Both the position numbers and the translations under genes were made by a program. 64,000 nt of DNA, taken from positions 1-64,000 of IMG/VR virus record IMGVR_UViG_3300022744_000027. One strand, 5' to 3'. The DNA comes from a virus. Taxonomy: Duplodnaviria > Caudoviricetes. The notes under the pieces were generated by a model. It did no database searches, had not been told where the DNA came from, and worked only from the letters and a program-made list of their open reading frames with translations. Of the stretch, positions 54,404-64,000 are shown piece by piece (within the stretch, counting starts at the first letter, position 1; each line of letters opens with the position of its first letter).

Positions 54404-57145
54404 TCAGATCGGGAGCTCGTCGTCGTCCAGCACCAATGACAGCGGCACGGTGATGACCTTGCTATTGGTGCCGGCATACTTCCGGGTCCGGTTTCCATAG
54501 TTGGTCGCACCAGGCAGCCGCGACAGCTGGCCGCGAAGGTCGGTCACGTAGGCTGTGTCCTTGACCAGCGCATTCAAGTTGGTCGAGCGAACACCGAACA
54601 GGATGGCCTTGTCCTCGATCATTATCCCGTTGCGGCGGAGGATATCCATGCACAGCGGAACACCTATCACCGTCGAGCTGACCTGGTGACCAACCGCCTC
54701 GGACAGAATCTCGTGCACGGTCACGTCTGAGTTTGCCACACGAATCTTGGCCTCCATGATAGCGGCCAGAGCCTTCTCGGGGTCGCCGGGACCGCCGGAC
54801 ACGTCGGTGTGGTCAGTCCAGTCGTAGCTGTTGATCATTGCCAGCGCTTCGGCGTCGCTGGCGACCTTACTGGATGTGAGTGACCACGTCCCAGCCAGCA
54901 GAGTGCCGTACTGGTCGCCTTGGCGCTGAGTACCAAAGCGAGTCGCGGCCACCCGGCAAAACACATCGACGTTGGCAATGACGGTAGGCAGAAGCATCAG
55001 TCCGCGGGCCAGAATGCGAGCCGGCCAGGTGCCGTCGCGCTTGATCTTGTGCAGAGCCTCCTCCAACTGCTTCCACTGGTCGTCCGACCCGCCGGACTTA
55101 GCTGGCGGGCGAAGCACCAACGGCGTGATGCGGGACTGGTCGGAATCCTTGTCCAACATGGTGTTGATGGACGCGACGCAGAACATCGAGCGGATGTGGA
55201 ACCGCATGGAATCGCCGGAAACCGTGCCCTTGGCAGTTTGGTGCGCGCCCTCGGATGACGATTGGCGCATGAGCATCATGATGGACTTCATGCGCTTGCG
55301 GTCGGCCTCGTCGTTGGGCTCGAACTCGTCAATCAGCGCGGGAACCGCGTCGGCCCGCAGAGTTTGCCGGATGCCGGGCTCGGTGGAGTCACCCTGAAAC
55401 GGCTCGGAGATGCCGGACAACAGCGCCTCCACATAGTCACTCTGAATGGTGGACTTGCCAGAGCCGGCCGACCCGGTGATCCAGACGTGCGGCCGCCAGC
55501 TCAGAGCGCCACCAACCGGGCTCAAGAACACCCAGCCCGCCAGCAGAGCCGCAGAGCCAGGCCGCGTCCAACGGGCCATCTTAGCCACGTCGAGTAGGTG
55601 CTTGCCATCTTCATCGGACAGCGGCGTCTCAGCAGGTGGAGTCATGGTCCGCGACATGGGGTAGACCCAGCGAGACTCAATGTCGGTGATGTCCGTTTTC
55701 ACGCCATCCACGGACAGGTAGTCGCCGTGGTGAAACACCGCCCGGCCATTGTCGCGCCATGCGCCACGTCCGCGCACATTCCGGGGGTCGTACACGCCGC
55801 GCTTGTGCGCAATCGCCATGATCCACTCGAAGGCTTGCACCTTGTTGATGCCGCCCTTTTGGCCGGCGAAGTGCATCTCCCACCAATTCGTTGGCGCCAG
55901 CTCCGCCAGCCCCATGTCGCTGAAGTCTTGCCGCGAGCGGTGGACCACCATCCGCTTGGCGCGGTGGAAAAAATAGTAGTAGTCGCCGTCATATCCCAAG
56001 ATTGCGAAGTGCCCGTGGTCGAGCAGGGACTCGTCCTCGCCTTCAATAGCCGGGATTGCTGGCTGAACATCAGCCTCGGCCTCGGGCGCGCTCTCGCCCT
56101 CCCACGGCAGCACATCATCATCCGGTGGCACGGGCGCAGGCGCCAAGGCAGCGCCAATGACGCTGGCCACAGCCTCCAAGCCCTCGGAGTGCTGCAGGTC
56201 GTTGAAGTCGCCAGACGGCGGCACAGCCACCAAGCCACCGACGGCATCGGCAGCCTTACGCGCAGCTGTCACGCCAGGATTGCCTGCCGTCTCGGTGTCA
56301 TTGTCCGCGGCGAACAAGATGATGGCGTCAGGCTTTGATGCGCGAACACGCTCAGCCACGCGCAGCAGATTGGAAGTGTCGAAGCACACCAGCACCAAGT
56401 GGCCGGTCGCAGCGTGCACGCTGGCACACGTGGCGTAGCCTTCGCCGAGCACGTAGACCACGCGGCCTTCGTGCTGCTGTGGTTTGCCGATGGCGAAGAA
56501 GTTGCCAGCCTTGGCTGCGTCTTTGAAGTAGCGCTTCTTGCCGCCTTCTTCCGGGTCGATGCCTTGAAGGCTCCAGAGCTGGCCCTTGTTGTCTTTGATG
56601 GGGATCAGCAGTGATTGGGTGGTGACGACGAACATCTCGCCGGTATCCGGGTCAACGCGCTCCCATGGACCAATGCGCAGGCCATACGAGGCAACACCCT
56701 TGCGGACGAGATACGGATGGGTGTCGCACGGAGTCGCTGCGTCCCAGATTTGCTTGGCGCGAACCGCGCGCTCCGCGTGAATCGCCGCATCTTCGGCTGC
56801 AGCCTGTGCCGCACGCTCGGCAGCACGGGCTCGGTCGGCGTCAATTTCTGCCTTGGACCGTTTCTTGTTGGTACCAGCATCCACCCAGCCCGACGCTTTC
56901 GCGTCAAAGAACAGGCTGGCAATAGTCAGCTTGCCAGCAGACTTGATGGACTTCCACACCGACTTGGCCGCGCCAGCGCTGTAGGTGTCGCACTGCGACC
57001 CCCACTGGTCCCAGATTTCAAACCCGTCGCTGTCAGGAAACTCGCTCTTGATGCAGGTGGCTGCGCGCACCCAAACTTCACGGCTGGCCGGATTGAGAAA
57101 ACTAAGCGCTGATCGAACACGCTCAATACTTGTGGCGTCATGCAT
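54404..57145 (-). CDS. DNA primase-helicase (PriCT-2, TOPRIM, P-loop helicase)
   Basis: W.QW...Y PriCT-2; EGYAT and AADND TOPRIM; GSAGSGKS and LIDEFE. Confidence 0.88.
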   Translation of the reverse strand: MHDATSIERVRSALSFLNPASREVWVRAATCIKSEFPDSDGFEIWDQWGSQCDTYSAGAAKSVWKSIKSAGKLTIASLFFDAKASGWVDAGTNKKRSKAEIDADRARAAERAAQAAAEDAAIHAERAVRAKQIWDAATPCDTHPYLVRKGVASYGLRIGPWERVDPDTGEMFVVTTQSLLIPIKDNKGQLWSLQGIDPEEGGKKRYFKDAAKAGNFFAIGKPQQHEGRVVYVLGEGYATCASVHAATGHLVLVCFDTSNLLRVAERVRASKPDAIILFAADNDTETAGNPGVTAARKAADAVGGLVAVPPSGDFNDLQHSEGLEAVASVIGAALAPAPVPPDDDVLPWEGESAPEAEADVQPAIPAIEGEDESLLDHGHFAILGYDGDYYYFFHRAKRMVVHRSRQDFSDMGLAELAPTNWWEMHFAGQKGGINKVQAFEWIMAIAHKRGVYDPRNVRGRGAWRDNGRAVFHHGDYLSVDGVKTDITDIESRWVYPMSRTMTPPAETPLSDEDGKHLLDVAKMARWTRPGSAALLAGWVFLSPVGGALSWRPHVWITGSAGSGKSTIQSDYVEALLSGISEPFQGDSTEPGIRQTLRADAVPALIDEFEPNDEADRKRMKSIMMLMRQSSSEGAHQTAKGTVSGDSMRFHIRSMFCVASINTMLDKDSDQSRITPLVLRPPAKSGGSDDQWKQLEEALHKIKRDGTWPARILARGLMLLPTVIANVDVFCRVAATRFGTQRQGDQYGTLLAGTWSLTSSKVASDAEALAMINSYDWTDHTDVSGGPGDPEKALAAIMEAKIRVANSDVTVHEILSEAVGHQVSSTVIGVPLCMDILRRNGIMIEDKAILFGVRSTNLNALVKDTAYVTDLRGQLSRLPGATNYGNRTRKYAGTNSKVITVPLSLVLDDDELPI

Positions 57146-57349
57146 AGACGCCCCTGGTGACTGATGTTGTATTCAAAACCGCACTCCCCACGGAATCCTC
57201 CCCGAAAAATAAAGGTGGGCGGCGCGCACGGGGGGAGGACCATGCGCGCCTTTTCAACCGGTAGCTAACCGGCGTAGCCCAAAACAATTGTGGCTGCACG
57301 GCGACCGAGTCGCTGACGTGAAGCCGGTAATTTGTGTGAAGGCAGCATC

Positions 57350-57793
57350 TTACAGCGGATCGGGGCTACTTCCGCGCCGCCATGCTGCAATAATTTCAGA
57401 CGCCTGCTCCGGCGAGCTGGCAAACCCAGCAATTCCACCAGCGCGGTGCATCTGCTGCACGAAGTTGATCTGCGCGTCGCGCTTGCGACCGCCGCCGCTG
57501 GCCTTGGTTTCAATGCCGGTGAACACAGGCACGGTGCGCCCGACCATTTCCGGCGTGATGACCACAGGGGTCCAGCCGATCAAATCGGGTGTGCCAACCA
57601 AAGGGTCGCCGTTGGGGAGCGAGAAACCGAGCGCCACGGGGCGACTGCCAGGCGGTAGGACCATGGAGCCGTCAGGGAGCCGTCGGGCCTCCCCGTGGCA
57701 TACCCATGCCTTGCCGGTGTTGATGCGGAACAGGCGGCTGACCGGCCCAAGGGCCAGCCAGACCTGGCGCATGACGGTGTTTTCCGAGGTCAC
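57350..57793 (-). CDS. VRR-NUC PD-(D/E)XK nuclease
   Basis: LFRINTG, GTPDLIG, GIETK, Q.NF...GGIAG; GTG 57793. Confidence 0.85.
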   Translation of the reverse strand: MTSENTVMRQVWLALGPVSRLFRINTGKAWVCHGEARRLPDGSMVLPPGSRPVALGFSLPNGDPLVGTPDLIGWTPVVITPEMVGRTVPVFTGIETKASGGGRKRDAQINFVQQMHRAGGIAGFASSPEQASEIIAAWRRGSSPDPL

Positions 57794-58074
57794 GGCACGC
57801 CCTCGGGCCAAGGGTGAACCTCGGTCGGGGGTTGGATGGTAACGGCGTCGGCCTGCGCCAGCACCTCGATCAGCTTTTGCAGGTGATGCGCGGCCTTCTT
57901 GATGTCTTGGTCGCCACCTTTGGCCCGCTCGCGTGCCAGGTAGGCGATGGCGACACCTTTCTGGTAGCCGCGATACTCTTCTGGCGTGAGCCAGTGCTTC
58001 AGGACGTCCCATGGTTGGAAGTCGCCCATGTCTTTGTAGTGGGTGCCCCCAACTTGGGTTTCAGATGCGGTCAT
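57790..58074 (-). CDS. DUF3310/SaV-like protein (T7 gp1.7 nucleotide-kinase-like)
   Basis: QVGGTHY, QPWD, G..IAY..R...KGG..DI.KA.H.L. Confidence 0.8.
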   Translation of the reverse strand: MTASETQVGGTHYKDMGDFQPWDVLKHWLTPEEYRGYQKGVAIAYLARERAKGGDQDIKKAAHHLQKLIEVLAQADAVTIQPPTEVHPWPEGVP

Positions 58075-58079
58075 GGCGA

Positions 58080-58553
58080 TCACCACCAGATGCGGCAAGG
58101 GGCAAACGGTATGTCGTCATCCATTGCCCCGAAGCCGCCGCCTGACGGAGCAGGAGCCTGACGCTGCTGCGGTGCCTGCTGACGCTGAGCCGGAGCAGCC
58201 GGCGCGCCAGCACCATCAGGCCGTGCCCCCAGCAGCTGGAAGTCTTGCCCACGCACCTCCGTGGTGGTCTTCTCGTTGCCGTCCTTGTCGGTGTACTTGC
58301 GCACCGAAAACTCGCCGTTGGCACGCATCTGGCTGCCCTTCTTGGCGTACTGACCAATCAGCTCGGCAGTCTTCCCAAAGAACGAGAACGGCACCCAGGT
58401 GGTCTGCTCCTTCATCTCGCCTGAGTTTTTGTCTTTCCACTTTTTGCCAACAGCCAGCGAGATGTTCACCGCGGCGTCGCCGTTGGGCATGTAGCGCACC
58501 TCGGGGTCGCGCCCGAGGCGGCCAATGACCACAACCATATTCAAATCAGCCAT
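58080..58553 (-). CDS. ssb: Single-stranded DNA-binding protein
   Basis: LN.V..IGRLG.DPE.RY...; DDDIPF tail. Confidence 0.95.
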   Translation of the reverse strand: MADLNMVVVIGRLGRDPEVRYMPNGDAAVNISLAVGKKWKDKNSGEMKEQTTWVPFSFFGKTAELIGQYAKKGSQMRANGEFSVRKYTDKDGNEKTTTEVRGQDFQLLGARPDGAGAPAAPAQRQQAPQQRQAPAPSGGGFGAMDDDIPFAPCRIWW

Positions 58554-58580
58554 AAAGAATACCCTTTCTATAACTCACGG

Positions 58581-60191
58581 TTAGAAGGCCCGTGATTTGC
58601 CTGAATTCTTGCGCTGGCGCGCGTTCCACAAATGAGCAGCCCAGCCCCGGGAGTATCCGCGCTGAGCCGCGATCTTCTCCAGCTCTTCCAACGTCTTCGC
58701 TCCTGCCACCTCAAATCGCTTCTGGTTCTTCAAAGCCGCCTCCATTTCCGGGGTAATCTCGGCAAGTTCGCCGTCCACGTGCTCGGGCCCCTTGCGGATG
58801 CGACCGGGGATGGCGTGCCCACAGTTGGGGCAGACATGCTCCTGGCCAGCGGGCCGGTCCTTGGGGTCGAAGACCGAGTAGCACTGGGGGCACTGCGTAA
58901 GGTCGATCTTGGTCTCTTCGTCCTTCTTCTTGCCCTTCTTCTTCTTGATGCCGTCCAAGTCCCACTCGCGCTCGGCGTCGGCGAAGCCGTGCTTCTGCCA
59001 GAGCCCGCAGTGGTCGATCACAAAGCACTTGCGACCCTTGGGGCCGGCATCAATTGCCGCGAAGCGCTGCTCCTTGGTGTCCAGCGGCATGCCGGGCGCG
59101 AAGATGGGGCGCAGGCCGCGCCCGATGGTCTGCAGGTAGGACGACAGGCTCATGGTCAGCCGAAGCAGGATGACGGCACCAATGGCTGGGCAGTCCACGC
59201 CCTCGACCAAGAGCATGGCGAAGGTGATCAGCTTCAGGCGGCCATCAGACAGCATCTTCAAAGCCCGGTCGCGTTCCTCGCTGGTGTTTTCGCCGGACAG
59301 CGCAATTGCTGGAATGCCGGCGGCGTTGAACTCGTCGGCCACGTGCCTGGCGTGCGCCACGTTGGTACACCACGCCACAGCGGGAACGCCGGGGCAGATT
59401 TTGTTGTATTCGGCGATGGCGCTGCCGGTGATGACGGGCTTGTCCATCACCTCGGCCATGGCGTCGGCGTCGTAGTCGCCGCCGATCTTCTTCACGCCCG
59501 ACAAGTCAATCTGCTGTTTCGAGGCGAACACGGCGGGTTTGACGAGGTAGCCTTGGTCGATCAGCTCCTTGATGCTGATACCCTGCACCATGGTGTCGAA
59601 GCTTCCACCGGCATGGCGCCCCAGACCCTTGCCGTCCAAGCGCACCGGGGAACCCGTCACACCCAGCACGCGAGCCTCTGGCCATGCCGCGAGCACGTCC
59701 ATGTAGGACTTGGCAGCGCTGAGGTGGCACTCGTCGATGACGATGAGGTCGAAGCCCACGCCCACCGCCTTCATTTTTTCGATGCGGCGCACCAGCGTCT
59801 GCACGCTGGCCACCTGCACCAGTCGGCGGGCGTTGGGCGTGAACCCGGCCATGATGATGCCGTGCTGCACACCGTTGTCGTCCAGCTTTCGGCTGGCCTG
59901 TTTGATGAGCTGGTCGCGGTGCGCCAGGATGAGCACGCGTGAGCCCTTCGCGGCTGCCGACTTGGCGATGTAGCTGAACACCACGGTCTTGCCGGCACCG
60001 GTTGCAGCCACCAGGAGCACGGCCTTGTGCCCGTTGCGGTACTCGATGCGGACCTTGTCCACGAAGTCATGCTGGTAGTCGCGCAGGCTAACGGTCGGCG
60101 CAGGCGCTGCAGGCCGAGCCACCGGTGTAGGTATTGGAGCTGCTGCATTGAGGGCTGCAGCCAATCGCCCGGGTTGAATGGAATCGTTCAT
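58581..60191 (-). CDS. DEAD/DEAH-box SF2 helicase with Zn ribbon
   Basis: LRDYQ, ATGAGKT, IDECH, TGSP.R, Q.IGRGLR, CPQC/CPNC. Confidence 0.93.
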   Translation of the reverse strand: MNDSIQPGRLAAALNAAAPIPTPVARPAAPAPTVSLRDYQHDFVDKVRIEYRNGHKAVLLVAATGAGKTVVFSYIAKSAAAKGSRVLILAHRDQLIKQASRKLDDNGVQHGIIMAGFTPNARRLVQVASVQTLVRRIEKMKAVGVGFDLIVIDECHLSAAKSYMDVLAAWPEARVLGVTGSPVRLDGKGLGRHAGGSFDTMVQGISIKELIDQGYLVKPAVFASKQQIDLSGVKKIGGDYDADAMAEVMDKPVITGSAIAEYNKICPGVPAVAWCTNVAHARHVADEFNAAGIPAIALSGENTSEERDRALKMLSDGRLKLITFAMLLVEGVDCPAIGAVILLRLTMSLSSYLQTIGRGLRPIFAPGMPLDTKEQRFAAIDAGPKGRKCFVIDHCGLWQKHGFADAEREWDLDGIKKKKGKKKDEETKIDLTQCPQCYSVFDPKDRPAGQEHVCPNCGHAIPGRIRKGPEHVDGELAEITPEMEAALKNQKRFEVAGAKTLEELEKIAAQRGYSRGWAAHLWNARQRKNSGKSRAF

Positions 60192-60241
60192 GAAGTAAAG
60201 CGCGGCATCAGGAAAAGTCCGCGTTCAATAAGAGTGGAAGA

Positions 60242-60550
60242 TCAGGACGGCTGCTCAGCCCCATCAAGGACGACGACACGCATCCCCAGCTCGACGGCCA
60301 CCTTGTGCTCCAGGCGTGCACCGCGCGAGGCAGTCCAGCCCGGAAGCAAAGCGATGGTGTCGCAAGTCAGCAGCTGCGCCATGGCCATACGCATGTACGC
60401 CGCCCATGTGCCGCACTCAGGGGTTGGATTCTCGGCTGGGTTTTCGACGTGCAAACCATTTGCCCGAAGGCTTGCTGCGGCCTTGTGGAAAGCCGGGTAG
60501 TTAAAGTCGGGCAAATTTGACATCGGCCCAGCCAGATACGTGCGGTCCAT
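60242..60550 (-). CDS. DUF4406 (nucleoside deoxyribosyltransferase-like)
   Basis: YLAGPMS.LP.FNYPAF, NPA, W..YMR, LPGW..S.GA..E. Confidence 0.88.
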   Translation of the reverse strand: MDRTYLAGPMSNLPDFNYPAFHKAAASLRANGLHVENPAENPTPECGTWAAYMRMAMAQLLTCDTIALLPGWTASRGARLEHKVAVELGMRVVVLDGAEQPS

Positions 60551-60777
60551 CAGGCACCCGCAACGGCCGCAGCCTTCTCGGCCTCCAAGCGCGCCACCTC
60601 GGCCTCCAGCTCGTCAACCTTGCTGACAGACTGGGGCGCGCGATAGCGCCAGCGTTCGACCGTGGCGCGGGCGATGCCTGTTTTTTTGCAAATTTGCGTA
60701 AAATTGCTTCCCGCAGATTTTGCTCGGGACTCAATGGACGTTAGTCGATTCTGTAGCTCTTGAGAGAAAGTGGTCAT
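60550..60777 (-). CDS. Cro-like HTH regulator
   Basis: FTQICKKTGIARATVERWR; GGAG SD. Confidence 0.7.
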   Translation of the reverse strand: MTTFSQELQNRLTSIESRAKSAGSNFTQICKKTGIARATVERWRYRAPQSVSKVDELEAEVARLEAEKAAAVAGA

Positions 60778-60861
60778 GGATAGCTCCGTAAAAGTTGCGA
60801 AGTGTACAACATTGTTGGATGTTACTCGTAATTTTTACTGCAAACTCTTTGTATTGATAAG

Positions 60862-61533
60862 ATGTCTGACATGGACATCATTACACGACGAGACGCCAAA
60901 GCAGCTGGCTACAAAAGGTTCTTTACCGGAGTTCCGTGCCTGCGAGAGCACATAGAGGAGCGGCTCACAAGCAACGGGGCATGCCTCGCTTGCGTGCGTG
61001 AGTTACAGAACAAGCGGTACGCCAGCAATCCAGAGGCGGTCAGAGCTGCGCGGTACGCATGGATCACCGCGAACAAAGACAGGCACCTCAAGAACCATCG
61101 AGACGGGGCAAAAGCGCGGTATTGGGCCAACCCTGAAAAGCACCGCGCCAAATTGCGCGGACGCAGAGCCGAGAACCCAGAGAAGTGGCGAGCGCGCGAC
61201 AAAGAATACAGGTCCGACCCAATTCGAGGTCTTGCGCACACCGCCCGCGTGCTCACGGGTGGAGCCATGAGGCGCGCCGGATATGGCAAGACGACGAAAA
61301 CAGCAGCCCTTCTTGGGTGCTCGTTTGAGTTCTTGCTAACCCACATCGAGCGCCAGTTCCTGCGTGGCATGACGTGGGCCAACCGAAGCCTCTGGCACAT
61401 CGACCATATCTTGCCAATCGCATCAGCAAAGACCGAGGCCGAGGCCAAGAGCTTATGCCACTTCACAAACCTCCGCCCAATGTGGGCGCGAGACAACCAG
61501 TCGAAGAAAGACAAGATTACTCACCTGCTGTGA
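60862..61533 (+). CDS. HNH homing endonuclease
   Basis: FTG.PC...H...R....G.C..C; WHIDHI.P...HFTNL.PMW..DN..K. Confidence 0.85.
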   Translation: MSDMDIITRRDAKAAGYKRFFTGVPCLREHIEERLTSNGACLACVRELQNKRYASNPEAVRAARYAWITANKDRHLKNHRDGAKARYWANPEKHRAKLRGRRAENPEKWRARDKEYRSDPIRGLAHTARVLTGGAMRRAGYGKTTKTAALLGCSFEFLLTHIERQFLRGMTWANRSLWHIDHILPIASAKTEAEAKSLCHFTNLRPMWARDNQSKKDKITHLL

Positions 61534-61688
61534 ATCAGAATTCTCAAGAATCATGCAACACGTCGGCTGCATGCCGCAAAAATGTTTTAGAATAAAGCCG
61601 TGACGCAGCGGGAAAACCCGGTAATTTCAGGGTTTGTACGTTGCGGACTACTGACAGATTGTTTCAAAATTTTTGAGAAAGGTGATTC

Positions 61689-62558
61689 ATGACACAAGCA
61701 GCACAGCATCTCTACCCGGACGAGGATGGAGTCCTTCAGCCACACCCAGTCGGACTGGTAGAGTGCACCAACGACGAGTACCACCGGGGGCCAGGCATCA
61801 GTAAGAGCCACCTCGATGCCATCGCCAACGCGAGCCCGCGCCACTACTGGCACCGCTATTTGAATCCCGACCGCGAGCGCCAGGAGCCAACCGCCGCCAT
61901 GATCATGGGCACAGCGGTGCACTCCGCAGTATTGGAGCCCGACCTCTTCACCAAAGAGGTGATCGAGTCGCCGGACTTCGACCGCCGCACCAAGGTGGGC
62001 AAGGCCGAATACGAAGCCTTCCAACAGGCGAACAAGGGACGGATCGTCCTCGCCCCCGAAGACTTCGCCACCTGCCTAGCCATACGCGACGCGGTGCACA
62101 TGCACCCGGTGGCTGCGGGGCTGCTCCAAGGCGGACGCGCAGAGCAATCGTTCTACGCGGTGGACAAGGAAACCGGCGAGCTCATCAAGTGCCGCACCGA
62201 CTACATGCACGACAGCGGCGCGATGATTGTCGACCTAAAAACAACCGAGGACGCCAGCCCCAACGGGTTCGGCAAGTCGGCGGCGAACTTCCGGTACCCG
62301 ATTCAGACCGCCTGGTACAACGGCGTGCTGGATGCCGCATTCGGTGAGCACCCCGAGACGTGGGTGTTCCTCGCGGTCGAGAAGAAGCCACCCTACGCGG
62401 TCGGCATTTACTTCATGGAGCCCGACACACTGGCCCGCGCTGAGATCGCGGCGCGCCGGGACTTCCTGCGCATCGTCGAGCACCGCCGGTCGGGCGACTG
62501 GCCGGATTATGGTGCCACGCCCATGCCGCTGGCCCTGCCCGGCTGGAGCAAGCTGTAA
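61689..62558 (+). CDS. RecE/exonuclease VIII-like PD-(D/E)XK nuclease
   Basis: YH...GISKS.L, GTAVH...LEP, KCR.D, VDLKTT, Y..Q.A.Y. Confidence 0.9.
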   Translation: MTQAAQHLYPDEDGVLQPHPVGLVECTNDEYHRGPGISKSHLDAIANASPRHYWHRYLNPDRERQEPTAAMIMGTAVHSAVLEPDLFTKEVIESPDFDRRTKVGKAEYEAFQQANKGRIVLAPEDFATCLAIRDAVHMHPVAAGLLQGGRAEQSFYAVDKETGELIKCRTDYMHDSGAMIVDLKTTEDASPNGFGKSAANFRYPIQTAWYNGVLDAAFGEHPETWVFLAVEKKPPYAVGIYFMEPDTLARAEIAARRDFLRIVEHRRSGDWPDYGATPMPLALPGWSKL

Positions 62559-62584
62559 TTATTCCACTCACAAACTGAACCACC

Positions 62585-63904
62585 ATGAAAATCTCCCACA
62601 TCAAAATCCAGAACATCCTCGGCATCGACCACCTCGAATTCAGCCCCGAGGGCTTCACGCAGATCACCGGGCCCAACGGTCAGGGCAAGACCAGCGTGCT
62701 CGAAGCCATCAAAGCCGCCACAGGGCAAGGCCATGATGCCACCCTGCTGCGCAAAGGCGCCGACAAGGGCGAGGTGGTGCTCGTCTTGGACGACGGCACC
62801 GAAATCCAGCAGCGCGTCACCGCCAGCCGCACGACCCGCGATGTGGTGCGCGACGGCAAGAAGGTCACGAAGCCGGGCGACGCCATCAAGGCGCTGACCG
62901 ACGCGCTGAGCGTGAACCCGGTCGAGTTCCTGACGGCGCGCCCCAAGGACCGCGTGCAGGTGCTGCTGGAGAGCATGCCCATCGAACTGGACGCTGCCAG
63001 GCTGTCCCAGGTCTCCGGCCTGCCCGTCACGCCCACTGCTGGCGCCCACGCACTGGCCATCATCGATCACGTGCGCCAGCAGGTCTACGAGGACCGCACT
63101 GGTACCAACCGGGCGGTGAAGGAGAAGGACGCGACCATCAACCAGCTGCGCATCGCCATGCCCGACGCGCCCGGCGGTGTCGAGGGGGACGAAGACAGCC
63201 TGCGAGCTCAGGTGCAGGCAGCCAAGGACACGATGCACGTCGAGCACCATCGTATCGACGCGAAGCTGACCGGTGTGCGCGCCGAGAGCGCAGCGCGCCT
63301 GCAGAAACTCAAGGACGACGCCCGCGCCAAGATCGACGCCATCAACGCCGAACTGTCTGCAGCCATCGAAGCCGAGCGCGCATCGCTGGCCGACATCGAA
63401 GCCAAGGCAGCCCGCGTGCGCCAAAAGGCAACCGACACGGCCACAGCCACCGCCCAGCCGCTGCAAGCCGCCGTGGCGGCCATCGCAGCCAACCGCGACG
63501 CGGCAGCCAAGCGCAAGGCCACCGCCGACACCATCGCCATGATGGGCACCGAGTTGGCCGACCTGCAGGCCGACGCGGCGCGCCAGACCAAGGCGCTGGA
63601 CGACATCGATGCCTACAAGGCCGAGCTGCTGGCCAACCTGCCCATCCACGACTTGGAGGTGATCGACGGCGAGGTCTACCGCAAGGGCGTGCCATTCGAC
63701 CGCCTGAACACCGCACAGCGCGTCGGCATTGCCTTCGAGATTGCCAAGCTGCGCGCAGGCGAACTGAAAGCGGTGTGCCTCGACGGATGCGAGCTGCTGG
63801 ACGAAGAACACCTGAAAGAACTGGAGCGAAATGCCGACGAAAGCGGCATCCAAGTCTTCATCACGCGGGTGACTGGAAAAGAATTTGCGGTAGAAACCAA
63901 GTAA
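62585..63904 (+). CDS. SMC/Rad50-like ATPase with coiled coil
   Basis: GPNGQGKTS Walker A, long coiled coil, LNTAQ and CLDG.E. Confidence 0.85.
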   Translation: MKISHIKIQNILGIDHLEFSPEGFTQITGPNGQGKTSVLEAIKAATGQGHDATLLRKGADKGEVVLVLDDGTEIQQRVTASRTTRDVVRDGKKVTKPGDAIKALTDALSVNPVEFLTARPKDRVQVLLESMPIELDAARLSQVSGLPVTPTAGAHALAIIDHVRQQVYEDRTGTNRAVKEKDATINQLRIAMPDAPGGVEGDEDSLRAQVQAAKDTMHVEHHRIDAKLTGVRAESAARLQKLKDDARAKIDAINAELSAAIEAERASLADIEAKAARVRQKATDTATATAQPLQAAVAAIAANRDAAAKRKATADTIAMMGTELADLQADAARQTKALDDIDAYKAELLANLPIHDLEVIDGEVYRKGVPFDRLNTAQRVGIAFEIAKLRAGELKAVCLDGCELLDEEHLKELERNADESGIQVFITRVTGKEFAVETK

Positions 63905-63905
63905 T

Positions 63906-63926
63906 CGCGTGAATTTGCGTTAAAAT
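63906..63926 (+). promoter_or_regulatory. Degenerate early-type promoter
   Basis: CGCGTGAATTTGC-GT-TAAAAT-TAGT-GCGTC before ATG 63972. Confidence 0.45.
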
Positions 63927-63971
63927 TAGTGCGTCATAACCGCCCCTCGGGGGCTTCAACCCGGAGAAACC

Positions 63972-64000
63972 ATGAGTCAAGAACTTGTCACACAATCACA
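63972..64000 (+). CDS. Start of next gene (truncated)
   Basis: GGAG SD, ATG, MSQELVTQS. Confidence 0.5.

Noticed and set aside
1-64000. CRISPR array, reverse transcriptase/DGR, integrase or genetic-code reassignment
   Set aside because: No regularly spaced repeats and no reverse transcriptase or recombinase motifs seen; long genes read through in the standard code.

Overview
This 64-kb window is a continuous segment of a GC-rich tailed dsDNA phage (contractile-tail myovirus; a betaproteobacterial host is inferred, not shown). Positions 1-45.2 kb are mostly minus-strand morphogenesis genes: tail sheath (truncated), neck and head-tail proteins, an SPO1/Twort-type capsid module (major capsid protein, scaffold, prohead protease), MuF-like head protein, a fibre-like module, portal, large terminase and a distant putative small terminase. 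Positions 46.5-54.3 kb are plus-strand small early genes. Positions 54.4-64 kb carry replication and recombination genes: primase-helicase, VRR-NUC, SSB, DEAD helicase, Cro-like protein, HNH, RecE-like exonuclease and an SMC-like ATPase. The most notable observations are: (1) a probable virion-packaged enzyme payload, with a 1513-aa PI3/4K/HipA-like kinase plus R-S-E ADP-ribosyltransferase fusion, an adjacent Nudix hydrolase, a 1516-aa SNF2-like helicase and a small basic protein, all starting with a short hydrophobic leader ending in K-S/K-A like the putative prohead-protease sites of the head proteins; (2) a phage-specific late promoter (GTCGTGAY-NN-nAnnnT-N6-start codon) that implies leaderless late mRNAs, plus a separate early promoter with a GCAA-N5-TTGC palindrome; (3) a large terminase with two tandem ATPase domains; (4) adjacent Acb4-like and Tad2-fusion anti-defence sponge genes; (5) a structured non-coding locus of about 530 nt containing an expanded C4-like RNA. 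All family assignments come from motif recognition by eye; no database searches were run.
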